Source: a virus. From it: a stretch of DNA of 64,000 nt. Location: IMG/VR virus record IMGVR_UViG_3300045431_000601, positions 32,001 through 96,000 of that record. One strand, 5' to 3'. This document shows, piece by piece, positions 28,009-38,400 of this stretch; position 1 is the first letter of the stretch, and each line of letters starts with the position of its first letter. Below the pieces are notes generated by a model that worked only from the letters and a program-made list of their open reading frames with translations, did not search any database and was not told the DNA's origin. The position numbers and the translations under genes were made by a program.

Positions 28009-30366
28009 TTATCCCACGAAAGCTCCATAACCAATTTTTGTTGGACGGATTCTATTAGTTATAACCTCTCTATTAGGCATTTGTCTATTTCTGCTTTGAT
28101 AGACTAATTCTCCGAAAACTCCATTTTCATCTAAATACGCTGATATGCTAGATAACCCATTCTTTCCGTCAAGTGGTAAATCTTTAAAATCTAATCCTAT
28201 AGTTTTTATTTTTAAAGTCCTCATTGAATTAGAATATTCGCCTACGATCAATGGAGGATATTCTATACCTAAAATAGCATTTCCAGCAAAATTTTTTGTT
28301 TGTGTAATATCGTCAGTGTTCATATTTAATTTCATTACAGAATCTGTATTTGGCACTCTAACATCTACAAAATATTCTCTAGATTTAACATAATGAGTAT
28401 TTTGCTTGATAGTTCTTACTCCCTCGTGTTTTGCCGTCACAGGATAACCTATGATAGCGCAACCATTTAAGCTACAAATTTTTATTGCTTTTGAAGTATA
28501 GTTATGAACTAATCCAGGTTTTTTAGGCCTTATAATAGATACGCATTCATTTTGTTTTCTGCATACTTCTGCTACTGGGTCTAATTCACATAATAATTTA
28601 CAAAAATCTTCATTTTTGCATTGACCGGTGTCTTCATTTATCTCGCATGGGGTTACATATCCATCGCTAATTTTTTGCTCGTCTGGATGAGGAAAATTTT
28701 GTGCAGAAGAAAAATTAATTAAACCTTGAGTTGGAATATAAGCTAAAACAGTCCTAATAGAGCTTACAGAATTTTTACATCCTTGACTAGAGTTACCAGA
28801 CATATTTGCTTGATTTAAAACTCCCCAATCAACACCAGTAGCCTCTTTTAATTTTAACCTTACCGTTCCGACGATATCCATATATACGGGCGCAAAAGCG
28901 TCTAAACAATCAAATATTTCAGATATTTCGCTTGGATTAGGAGTGAAAGTTGGATTTCTTTCTAAATAATATCTGACTCTTGTACCATTGGAAACATTTT
29001 CTTTGTCATCTTTATTCGTATAGCTTGGCTCTGGATCGTCTTTTACGTCTTCTTCTAACCTAACTAATGGTGTCCAAAACCCTTCGGACGAACGCCCTTG
29101 CACACAATATACATCTGATTTTCTTACGGTAGTATTTGTATAATATGTTCTTCCATATTCTGCCATTAGTCTATTTTCGTGAGATTTCCAAGCATCAGCT
29201 AAAGTTGAATCTAAATTTGCAATTACAAATTTTCCAGGAAATTTGTTTTTTAAATCATAAAAAGTTTTAACATCAAAACCTCTATCAAATATATAATTTG
29301 GATCACTAAATTCTTTTAAAATATTTAGACCCGCACGATGGTAGTATCCTTTTGTAAGCATCCAATGAGTTCTTGCAGTATCTGATGCAGCTCCTAGGAT
29401 TGCTCCTTCTTGGTCTATAGATTCCCACCGAAAAGGAGCATAAAAATAATCAAGCTCTTCATAAAGTGTATTTTCCCAATTTAATATTTTTCCTGGCACA
29501 GTAGCAAATTGAGTGGTTCCAACTGCGTAAGTTCCTTCTTTAGATGATTCCAATGAATAGCTAGATAAATCTAAAGAAGGAGCTGGATTATTATTTCTTT
29601 CTATTTTAGAAACTACTCCTTCAATATTTATTCCTGTAGATAGATCGATACCGATAATAGATTGATTTAACGAATCCCAATAAAAATCATAACCAAAATC
29701 AGCACACCAATTAGATAAGACTTCTCTTAAAGTACCAGTGTGATTAGATTGGTACTTTGGAAATTTATCTAAAAAACCTCTATGAGATATTCCCGCTTTA
29801 TTCATACCAATTAAAAGTTGGCTAAAATTATACATTACATCTGGTATTTCGCAAGGATTAGACGTGAAAAGCTCTTCACCAAGGCATATAACTGGGTTTT
29901 TAAATCCAACGTGCGAAGCGGAGCTTCTGTTTATTGTTGTATCTACAACCGTAGTCTCTCCTAACCGCAAACAAGAAGCGCATGTTATTTTTGCTTGAAA
30001 AGGTCTTATAGGCCCCGGACCGACTTTGCAGTGTCTATTGATTAATCCGACAAAGATTCTATCTAGTTTTATTGACGCATCTACAAAAGTGTACGTTGCT
30101 GTTTTGTTTCCTGGAGACACATTTTTTTTAGAAGACAATAGATACATACTCGTCGAAAAATTGCCGAAACTAATACTATATGGAGCCTGCAGATTTGGAT
30201 CAATAATCTTTAATTCTTTTTCAAAACTTTCATTTACAACTTCTAAAGTCAATTGACTTGGAGATTGCGAGTAATTTTGTGTATAATTAGCGCTATATAT
30301 AAATCCTTCCCCAAATCGTCCTTTGGCGCCATTTACGCTAATCTCTTCTATGCTTCTTTTAGGCAT
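28009..30366 (-). CDS. Putative tail hub/tip (Tal-like) protein
   Basis: N-terminal SPSQLTLEVVN and GTLREVLSNWCADFGYDFYW are hub-like; downstream of the tape measure. Confidence 0.5.
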   Translation of the reverse strand: MPKRSIEEISVNGAKGRFGEGFIYSANYTQNYSQSPSQLTLEVVNESFEKELKIIDPNLQAPYSISFGNFSTSMYLLSSKKNVSPGNKTATYTFVDASIKLDRIFVGLINRHCKVGPGPIRPFQAKITCASCLRLGETTVVDTTINRSSASHVGFKNPVICLGEELFTSNPCEIPDVMYNFSQLLIGMNKAGISHRGFLDKFPKYQSNHTGTLREVLSNWCADFGYDFYWDSLNQSIIGIDLSTGINIEGVVSKIERNNNPAPSLDLSSYSLESSKEGTYAVGTTQFATVPGKILNWENTLYEELDYFYAPFRWESIDQEGAILGAASDTARTHWMLTKGYYHRAGLNILKEFSDPNYIFDRGFDVKTFYDLKNKFPGKFVIANLDSTLADAWKSHENRLMAEYGRTYYTNTTVRKSDVYCVQGRSSEGFWTPLVRLEEDVKDDPEPSYTNKDDKENVSNGTRVRYYLERNPTFTPNPSEISEIFDCLDAFAPVYMDIVGTVRLKLKEATGVDWGVLNQANMSGNSSQGCKNSVSSIRTVLAYIPTQGLINFSSAQNFPHPDEQKISDGYVTPCEINEDTGQCKNEDFCKLLCELDPVAEVCRKQNECVSIIRPKKPGLVHNYTSKAIKICSLNGCAIIGYPVTAKHEGVRTIKQNTHYVKSREYFVDVRVPNTDSVMKLNMNTDDITQTKNFAGNAILGIEYPPLIVGEYSNSMRTLKIKTIGLDFKDLPLDGKNGLSSISAYLDENGVFGELVYQSRNRQMPNREVITNRIRPTKIGYGAFVG

Positions 30367-30387
30367 AACCTTATTCCTTTGTGTATT

Positions 30388-30393
30388 TTACAC
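30388..30393 (-). promoter_or_regulatory. GTGTAA putative late promoter (doubles as Val-stop of the upstream gene)
   Basis: 21 nt upstream of ATG 30366, followed by an AAGGAATAAGG SD-like sequence. Confidence 0.6.
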
Positions 30394-32118
30394 TATATCT
30401 ACGGGTATGTTTCTTATCTGATTTTCTAAATAAGGTAATAATTTAAAATTATTAATGTTATTAAAATCAGAAGTATATTGATAGTCTACACCTTCTTTCT
30501 GAAGGACTCCATTAATCCATATTAATTCTAAGCCATTAACTTCTTCTTCTTGTAGAGAATCTGTATTAATTTTATTATTAATTAGATCAAGGGGCATTGA
30601 CAAAGCGCTTACAGTCTCATCAGACCTTATTAATAATTGACCAATTATACCATTTGGATAACTTGAAAATATTAAGCTAATAACCTGTGCGTTTAAATTT
30701 TGTGTTATCATATAATCTATATTTTTATCTATTTTTTTTCCATTTAAATATAAATTACATTCATTTAGATCTACATCATTTGTAACAAGAGGTGGATTAA
30801 AATAATAGATTCCGTCTTCTTTTTTTTCTACTTGTCCTTCGTAGTAAAAATATGATCCAGAATTAGATAACGTATAAACAACACTGTCTTGATCGTCTAA
30901 GGTATAATTTTTAATTGTAAAACCATGTCCGCCAAGATCATAGTTAGTTTTTGGAAGAAGTAATCCGTTTAAATAAACATGAATATTCATACTATCATTT
31001 AAATCTTGATGGGCTTCACAATAATTGCTATTAATAAATACAGGGACATATATTTTTTTAGAGAAATTAAAAGTATTAATGTTTATGTAGTTATTGCCTG
31101 GAAGAGGTTTTTCTAAATAGATATTTTTATTAGAATAAGTATTAAGCAAAGTTTGATTATATAAGTTTTTTATTGAAGTAATTTCTTCAAATGTAGATAC
31201 ATCTTCTTGATTTAGGTACTCTATCGCTTCTCCGTATAAATGTCCCGTAACTCCAGAGGTTACGAAAGCATTAATTTTTGAATCATAAACATTAACGTAT
31301 CCTGTTATACCTGTGCCAACAATAGCGTTTGGGTTGACGATTGCATTTGAAAACATTTTTTTTGACATCTGTACTTGGACTTTTCGTTCAATTTCTCCTG
31401 TTTTAAATAATAATAAATTTAATTCTTTTGCAAAAGATTCAGATGTAATGTAATCAATATTATATATATTTTTAATATTACCATAAAATCCCGTATAAGA
31501 ATTTCTTAAACCAGTTAGATTTCCATAATAAATCTTTTTATCTTTGCCAAATAAAGACGTATTTGCTCTAATTGATTTAGACTCGTATGTATAATCTTTA
31601 TTTGGATCAAATAAATTTATTTTTAAAGTATTGGGAGAAAAAAATATATTTAAAATATTATTATTCTTTAAAACTGAAGAAAAAGTTTCTGTTCTGAACG
31701 ATTCTTCTCCGGAATATTCGATATATAATTTATGATGGTCATTAACGCCAAGAACTACATCATATTTATTAGGTTCAAATATATGAGATAAAACTCTAGA
31801 CTGATTTGAAATTAGTTGAGGAAAATATTCAAAGTCTAATATTATTAATCCTACATCGTTATTTGCGCTAGAGGTATACCCAAAGAGTGCGGATCCGCTA
31901 GTAAAATTATTAGCAATACTATAAAATTTTCCAGGATTATAATTTAAATCAACAGTTAAATTATTATTTATATTCTGAAATTGGTTAGCTCCGGAAAAAG
32001 CTTGGTTATATATAAAATCACTTAAATTAAGATTTGAATTAAAATTATAAGCCGCCCTTAAAGCGTCTTCGGAAAGTTGCATATTTTTAAGAGCAGTTTT
32101 TATGTAGTTTGCACTCAT
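30388..32118 (-). CDS. Putative tail structural protein (lectin-like N-region; repeated VYLNG..DY motifs)
   Basis: Three LNG/ING..DY repeats typical of phage baseplate/fibre proteins; synteny. Confidence 0.5.
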   Translation of the reverse strand: MSANYIKTALKNMQLSEDALRAAYNFNSNLNLSDFIYNQAFSGANQFQNINNNLTVDLNYNPGKFYSIANNFTSGSALFGYTSSANNDVGLIILDFEYFPQLISNQSRVLSHIFEPNKYDVVLGVNDHHKLYIEYSGEESFRTETFSSVLKNNNILNIFFSPNTLKINLFDPNKDYTYESKSIRANTSLFGKDKKIYYGNLTGLRNSYTGFYGNIKNIYNIDYITSESFAKELNLLLFKTGEIERKVQVQMSKKMFSNAIVNPNAIVGTGITGYVNVYDSKINAFVTSGVTGHLYGEAIEYLNQEDVSTFEEITSIKNLYNQTLLNTYSNKNIYLEKPLPGNNYININTFNFSKKIYVPVFINSNYCEAHQDLNDSMNIHVYLNGLLLPKTNYDLGGHGFTIKNYTLDDQDSVVYTLSNSGSYFYYEGQVEKKEDGIYYFNPPLVTNDVDLNECNLYLNGKKIDKNIDYMITQNLNAQVISLIFSSYPNGIIGQLLIRSDETVSALSMPLDLINNKINTDSLQEEEVNGLELIWINGVLQKEGVDYQYTSDFNNINNFKLLPYLENQIRNIPVDIV

Positions 32119-33725
32119 AGTTTAGGTAGAATTGCTGGATTAACTGCACTTGAAATCATTTTTAGTGAAAAATTATTTCTTTTTAGATCTCCTGCAGAAG
32201 ATCGTAATTCATTTGCAAAAATTTGATTATCTATAAAATCCCAGGGATATTCATCCTGAGTTTCCATTAAACCAGATAGATATCCTAAAATTCCAAGCGG
32301 ATGAATATAAGTGCTATTTGCTATTCCATAGTCAATCGTTGCAGTAGCGTTTAATTTTGGTAAGGTAATAATACCAAAGTCTCCTATAATATAACGGTTT
32401 TTTATATCGCAGGTTGGATTCGGTGACATATACCAAATTGGAGCTTCGATAGAGATAGAGTAATCTCCGTCTATAACTCCAGAGTACTTGGGTATATATT
32501 TGTCATCATAATTAATAGAAAAATTTATTTTACCATTAATTATATCATCTGAAAACCTGTAATCTGTTAAACGTATTCCAGATGGGTTATTGTCTGTCGG
32601 TAATCCATTAAAAGATTTATAATCATTCAAGGCTTTATGAGCAATAGATCTAAATGTTCCAGTAGATATCGTAGGAATATCTTGATTATTTGTTATTGAG
32701 TTCAAGAAAGATTTAGCTTGGTTGTATTTATGCCTCAGACTCCCTCTAGACACGATTTCTCCTTCTAAAGAGATTTTACTTACTTGATCGTCTAAAGAAG
32801 TATTGACTCTTGAGGTATAAGATAAATAAGGATTGTTAATACTTAAATCGTCATAAGAAGCAGAAAAAGAAGCTATATTTTTCGTAGAATTATTATCGAC
32901 TTTAAAAGAGAGAGGAGTTAGGTTAAAACCGCTTGGAATTATTGAATTTATATTCAATTGATCTAACAAATCTTGATTTTGTCCACTCAAAGCTCCTTCA
33001 TAAGTTCCGTCAATATTTAATCTCAAAGAATTTCCGTCGATATCTTCGGAAAGATCGGATTTATATCTTAATATTCCTTGATTAAAATTTTGAGTAAGAG
33101 TTGAATTGTCTCCAACGTATTCTTCTTCTATAGAATAGCTTTCTTGAAGGCGATTGACTTTCTCTACTACAGATTTTAAATAAAATTTTTGGACATTATT
33201 AAAAACGCAAGAAGGTATATTGTTTAATCCTGTATAATTTTTTACAAAATTTATAGCATTATTTATCCCATTAGATTTTGAATTAGAAGAGCCAGTATTT
33301 AACCCTTGGGCAGAAATTATATGCTTTAATTGTATTATCTTATTTTCTCCTTCAGAAAAAGAGAATTCATTCACAGGATCTTTAACTCCTGAAGTTAATT
33401 TTTGAGAGGACAGAGAGATTTTATAATTTAAAATTCCATTATATACAGATTTATCAAAAACTATATCATCTACAATTATGTTTGACTCTTCGAATATTTT
33501 TTGATTATCTTCATAAATTTCAAATTTACCAAAATTTTTTGAGAATATATTAATTAGATTATTTTGTTGAGATAATAGTTGGCTGTAATTTCCTGTTAAT
33601 TGACCATTTAAAGATATATTTCTTGTGTCTCCCCATTTTATATTTAAAAAATTATGATCTTTGGAAATCTCTACTAAAGGCGTAGGCATAAGCAAACTTT
33701 GATCGTTATATTTTATAATGTTCAT
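32115..33725 (-). CDS. Putative distal tail protein
   Basis: Synteny after the tape measure; architecture resembles 33722..35401. Confidence 0.45.
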   Translation of the reverse strand: MNIIKYNDQSLLMPTPLVEISKDHNFLNIKWGDTRNISLNGQLTGNYSQLLSQQNNLINIFSKNFGKFEIYEDNQKIFEESNIIVDDIVFDKSVYNGILNYKISLSSQKLTSGVKDPVNEFSFSEGENKIIQLKHIISAQGLNTGSSNSKSNGINNAINFVKNYTGLNNIPSCVFNNVQKFYLKSVVEKVNRLQESYSIEEEYVGDNSTLTQNFNQGILRYKSDLSEDIDGNSLRLNIDGTYEGALSGQNQDLLDQLNINSIIPSGFNLTPLSFKVDNNSTKNIASFSASYDDLSINNPYLSYTSRVNTSLDDQVSKISLEGEIVSRGSLRHKYNQAKSFLNSITNNQDIPTISTGTFRSIAHKALNDYKSFNGLPTDNNPSGIRLTDYRFSDDIINGKINFSINYDDKYIPKYSGVIDGDYSISIEAPIWYMSPNPTCDIKNRYIIGDFGIITLPKLNATATIDYGIANSTYIHPLGILGYLSGLMETQDEYPWDFIDNQIFANELRSSAGDLKRNNFSLKMISSAVNPAILPKL

Positions 33726-35401
33726 TTCAAGTATAAAGCTTTTAAAGTAAAAGTAAAATTATATTGAGTGTCGTAGCTATAATCTGCATTTGTTAATAAT
33801 ATATCAATTACTTTTTGTTGCGTTAAATGCCCCAAAGCAAGACCTTTTAACATGTCTTTTGGAAATATTATTTTTTGTTCCCAATGATTTTGAATGGGGC
33901 GCTTAAGCTTTCCATTTATTGTTACGTTTTTTTGCCCCATATTATTCTGCATTCCTTTATAGAGTAAAACAGTTTTAGGAAAACGATTGGCTATTACATA
34001 TTCTTTATACATTTCCGCCGGATTTTGGTCTTCAACTAAAATGTTTAATATAACAGGACTATTTGGTGCCGCTCCTACATTAATAAAAGGATCATTCGTC
34101 CCGCCAATGTTATAATCTATCCTATTATTATAGAAAGAAATGTTTTGATTTTGTCCACTTACTTGAGAGAATCCTATATTTGAATTGATAATCTGACACC
34201 CAGCTGCTAATGATCTAGCAGCAGCTTGTTGATAAAGTAGTTTGGGGTTAATTATAGATGTGATTGTGCCTAACTTTCCAGCTTGAAAAATTGTACCATT
34301 TTCATTTCTTTCAATTATTCCATCGCTTTTTTTAATCGTTTCTATTTGATACTCTTGCAAAAGATAGGGGGCATTTACTCCATAGTCAATATAATCTTTT
34401 TTATTTGTATATTGTATATTATAATAAGCTTTATTTTCGAACAAATCATACCCTCGGGTTAAAACTCTTGGTTCATTTATCGCTGAATCTGTAGTACCTA
34501 AGTTATATTTTAAAATATTAGAATTTAATTTATTTTGTATTCTAGAAAATGACGTTCCAATTTCTAGATTTAAAAATCCGCTATAATCTTCGATAGTAAG
34601 ATTTTTGTTGTTGCCCAATATTTCACCTCTTTCTTCTAAAGAAACAATTCCCTCTTCATCGAGGGTAAAAGAATGTGACACAGAATTAGTATAATTTTTT
34701 AAATTTGAAGGCACTTCGTAAGAGCTTGAACTTTTTTGAAAACTACAAATCTTTTTTATTAAATCATAACTTTCATTAAAATAATTTCTTCGATCATTAC
34801 TATTAAAAAAAGAATACATAGAAGAGATTTGACTGATTTCTATATTAGGAGAAGTCAAAATTCCGCTAGCAATATTTTTAATTTCTGTTAAAACCTGAGA
34901 ATCTAGCCTGTCGTTTTGATTTATTCCAATTTTAAGATTATGAGAATATTGATATCCTTGGTCAGAAGAAAAATTTAAATCAATATCTTCAGAAATTTCA
35001 GAAATATTTGCACTTATATTCGGTAAAAAGTTTCCATAAATACTAGATCCACTAGAAAAGTTAGAGAAATTATTGTTCTCAATAATTTCTATATCATATA
35101 TATATGATCCTACTCGAATTGGATTTCTTTCCGGAAAAGACATCCTCAATACTCTTCCCGTTCCAAAATTATATCCATTAATTATAATTGGCGCATATTG
35201 ACCAGAGAAATCGGTCATATCTTTTTGTATTCCGCTTATTACTTCTTTTACGCCGTTTGCGTCAATATTCTCTTTAACTTTATAAAAAACGCCTTCTAAA
35301 CTTAAACTTTTTATTGTATTAATTGTGTTCGTGCCTTCTCCGAGATAATTCTTTCTCATATTAAAATCTAGAAGAGTTGCGTCTGTAAATAGATAACTCA
35401 T
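33722..35401 (-). CDS. Putative distal tail protein
   Basis: First gene downstream of the tape measure. Confidence 0.45.
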   Translation of the reverse strand: MSYLFTDATLLDFNMRKNYLGEGTNTINTIKSLSLEGVFYKVKENIDANGVKEVISGIQKDMTDFSGQYAPIIINGYNFGTGRVLRMSFPERNPIRVGSYIYDIEIIENNNFSNFSSGSSIYGNFLPNISANISEISEDIDLNFSSDQGYQYSHNLKIGINQNDRLDSQVLTEIKNIASGILTSPNIEISQISSMYSFFNSNDRRNYFNESYDLIKKICSFQKSSSSYEVPSNLKNYTNSVSHSFTLDEEGIVSLEERGEILGNNKNLTIEDYSGFLNLEIGTSFSRIQNKLNSNILKYNLGTTDSAINEPRVLTRGYDLFENKAYYNIQYTNKKDYIDYGVNAPYLLQEYQIETIKKSDGIIERNENGTIFQAGKLGTITSIINPKLLYQQAAARSLAAGCQIINSNIGFSQVSGQNQNISFYNNRIDYNIGGTNDPFINVGAAPNSPVILNILVEDQNPAEMYKEYVIANRFPKTVLLYKGMQNNMGQKNVTINGKLKRPIQNHWEQKIIFPKDMLKGLALGHLTQQKVIDILLTNADYSYDTQYNFTFTLKALYLK

Positions 35402-35406
35402 ATTTT

Positions 35407-38400
35407 TTAGGCGAATTTACCCTTGGATGGAGGAGAAGCTATACCAAGAGATCTAAATTTTTCATTAGCGTCTCTTTTTAAATCTTCTAATTTTTGAGTT
35501 AAAGCTTCTTCTGTTTTTGTTACTCTTTGTTCAACTTTAGATAGTAGTTCTTCTGATATATTGTCTAACGTTCCACTATCTAATTCTACTTTCCAAGGCT
35601 CTGCTCTTACATTAACATCCATAGATCCCATTCTTACTTCCATAGGGTCTTGGTTAACGTTTAAATTTAAATCTTGACTACTACTTTGTCCTCCGCTTTT
35701 CGATTCAAAAGGCTGAATATATTTTTTTCTATTCTTATCATCGTTTTCATAAAAAGGTTTAGATTCAAATGGTTGAGATTGATTTTTCCAACTTTCATAA
35801 TCAAGACTCGATCTATTAAACCCATTCATTGAATTAAAAAGCTCTTGCTTACGGCGCTCGTTTTCTGTTCTTCTCTTCTCTTCTTGTCTAGCTTCTTCTC
35901 CTAAATTAAGAGGCAAAGGGTACTCCTTACTAAGAGTATCTTTTGCTGTTGTCCAGTCTGGTCTTGTATCGTCTTTAAAAGCGGTATTCCATTGAGATCT
36001 AGGTATAGGTTTTCCATTAATCATTACTTGCTCACTCGATTCTTCTTGCGCAGAAGCTACCCCTTGATTCAAAGCGGTATTATTTGAAGTTGTTGTTTTT
36101 GGCGGCGCGCTTTGCTGCAAGGCTTGAGGTATTGATGCACTTTGAGCGTAAGAAGTTGGCGTAGGGATACCATATTGTGTTTCAAGATCTGCTTTTCGTT
36201 CCTGAAGCTCTCTGATTTGATTTAATAATTCTTGAGACTTAGATTCTTTTATCGTTTTATCAATTGTTGGGTCTGTTTCATAAGCTCTTTTTTTCTCTTC
36301 AAGAGCTTTAATTTGATAATCAATTCCAGTAATTTTTTCTATTCCTTCTTGTTCTCTTTTCGCTTCTTTCTCTTTTATTTTTGAAGCTTCAATAGAAGCA
36401 GTAAGTTTTTTAATAGCATCGGTATTTTCATCTGTACTTATTGTATTATTACCCAAGCGACTATTTAAACTACTTAGATCTAATTCATCTAGAGCGTTAC
36501 GAATCTCATTAATATCGATATTTGAATCTCCATTTTCATCTGCTTCAAAATTTTTCATCATATTATCTACTTGTTGCGTAGCAATATCTTTAGATCTGGC
36601 TTGTGCTTCAAAAAAGTATCTAGCTAATTCTGGAGGAGCTGATGCCGCAAGCGCTCTTGCGTCAGAATTAATTTGCCTCGATCTTGCATTTATAGCTAAT
36701 TGTCTTAACCCTCTATCATTTGTAAATATTCCTGCGCCGCCTAATAACTCTTGAGCACTTTTTATACTGCCCAAAGTCCCTTGATCTCTTATTGATTGAG
36801 GAGCATACGAATCTCCTGCGGCTCTTGAAAAATTCATAAATTCATCTATAAGTTGGCTATATGCCCCCATGGGTTGAATTCCTCCATCGATCCCTCCAAA
36901 AGCTTTTATATCTCTATCTCTTTGCGCCATTTTCTTTTGGATTTCCAATTGAGCTTGAGCCAAAGCTTTTTCTTGGTTTGTCGTTTGATGAAGAGATTTT
37001 ATTTCTGAAACCATTTGTTGTAAAGTCGCGTCGGAAGAAGACATTAAATCTGCAAGATTTCCTTGTTCATCTTTACCAAAAGTCTTAGAAAATTGTTGCA
37101 ATAGACTTTCTTGGAATTGCTTAGGATTTAAATTGCTTTTCTGAAGTTCAAGAATAGAATTTTTAAATTGAGAGATTCTTTCTAAATCTTGGGTTCCTTG
37201 AACTTCATCTCCGCTTTGCTTAATTTTATCTACATTTTTTAATACTTGAGAAACCATTGATTTAACCGCTTCTGTTTCTAATTTTTTACTGTTGAATAAT
37301 AAATTAGCTTGCCTTTCTTTTTCTCCTAAAGAAAAATTTTGCTGGGCTATAGACTCTTCTGATAAAAATGGTTGATTATAATCTAAATTCATTTTAGATT
37401 TTTTAATTGCAAGATCGTACTTGTTGTACTCTGTCTGATTCTGATATTGTTGATCAAAAGATGAATTTAATACCGCGTTTTCTGTAGTTCTATTTAATGC
37501 TTCCCTAAAAAGATTGGTTTGTTCAGTAGCTCTTTTTGTGGCTTCTTCGGCTTTTAAGAGCACGGATATTTGCTTTTCTCTTTCTTTTTCTAAATTTTTT
37601 GCTGTTTGTAAATCTTTTTGACCCTCTAAAATACTGTCTATAAAACTTCTGATTACTTTTCTTACTGATTCTTCGTCTCCTACGCCAAGAGCATTAGCTT
37701 TAAATGCAAGATTCTCAATTGGTTCTGTCAGCTCTTGATTAACTCCATAAGTTTTTAAAAATGTAGGATTTTGGGTTAATTGTTCTGTAAGAATATCTCT
37801 AGCTGAACGAGTGCTTCCTTGCGTGGAGGCTTTATTGGCAATATTCGATATAATAGATTCAAAATTTTTTCTTTGATCTAAGCTTAAATCTCCTGCCATT
37901 TTTTGTCCATATTGGGTCGCTTCTGAACTTTTAAAGGTTGGGCTTTTTGTTAAAGGCGTCAATGCGGCTAAAACATTTTTAAACGCTTCTGCGTTTGAAT
38001 CGACTCTACCTTGCATTCTTGAAGCAAAATCGGCGTTATCTTTTTCTTTATTTAATTTTTCTTGAATCTCTACGCCTTTTTCTTGTAAGGCAGTAAAACT
38101 ATTAATTGCTAAGAGCTGGCTTCTATATGCATCGGGTAGACCCTGTGCAGCGGAATACATCTTCTCTTGTAGATTCTGAAGAGTTTCCGAAGAAGTTTTT
38201 GGATCAGTGCTGGCGTCATTAAATTTTTGAAGAGCTTCTGAATATTTAGGAAAAGCTCCTCCAAAATCAGAAGCGCGTTGGGTTCTTTCTTGGACTAATT
38301 TGTCAAACTTATCTTTTTGATTACTAATATAATTTGAAATAGAAACTAAAGAACTAATAGCAGTCCCAATTGCTGCTGTATATAGACCGGCTTTACCTCC

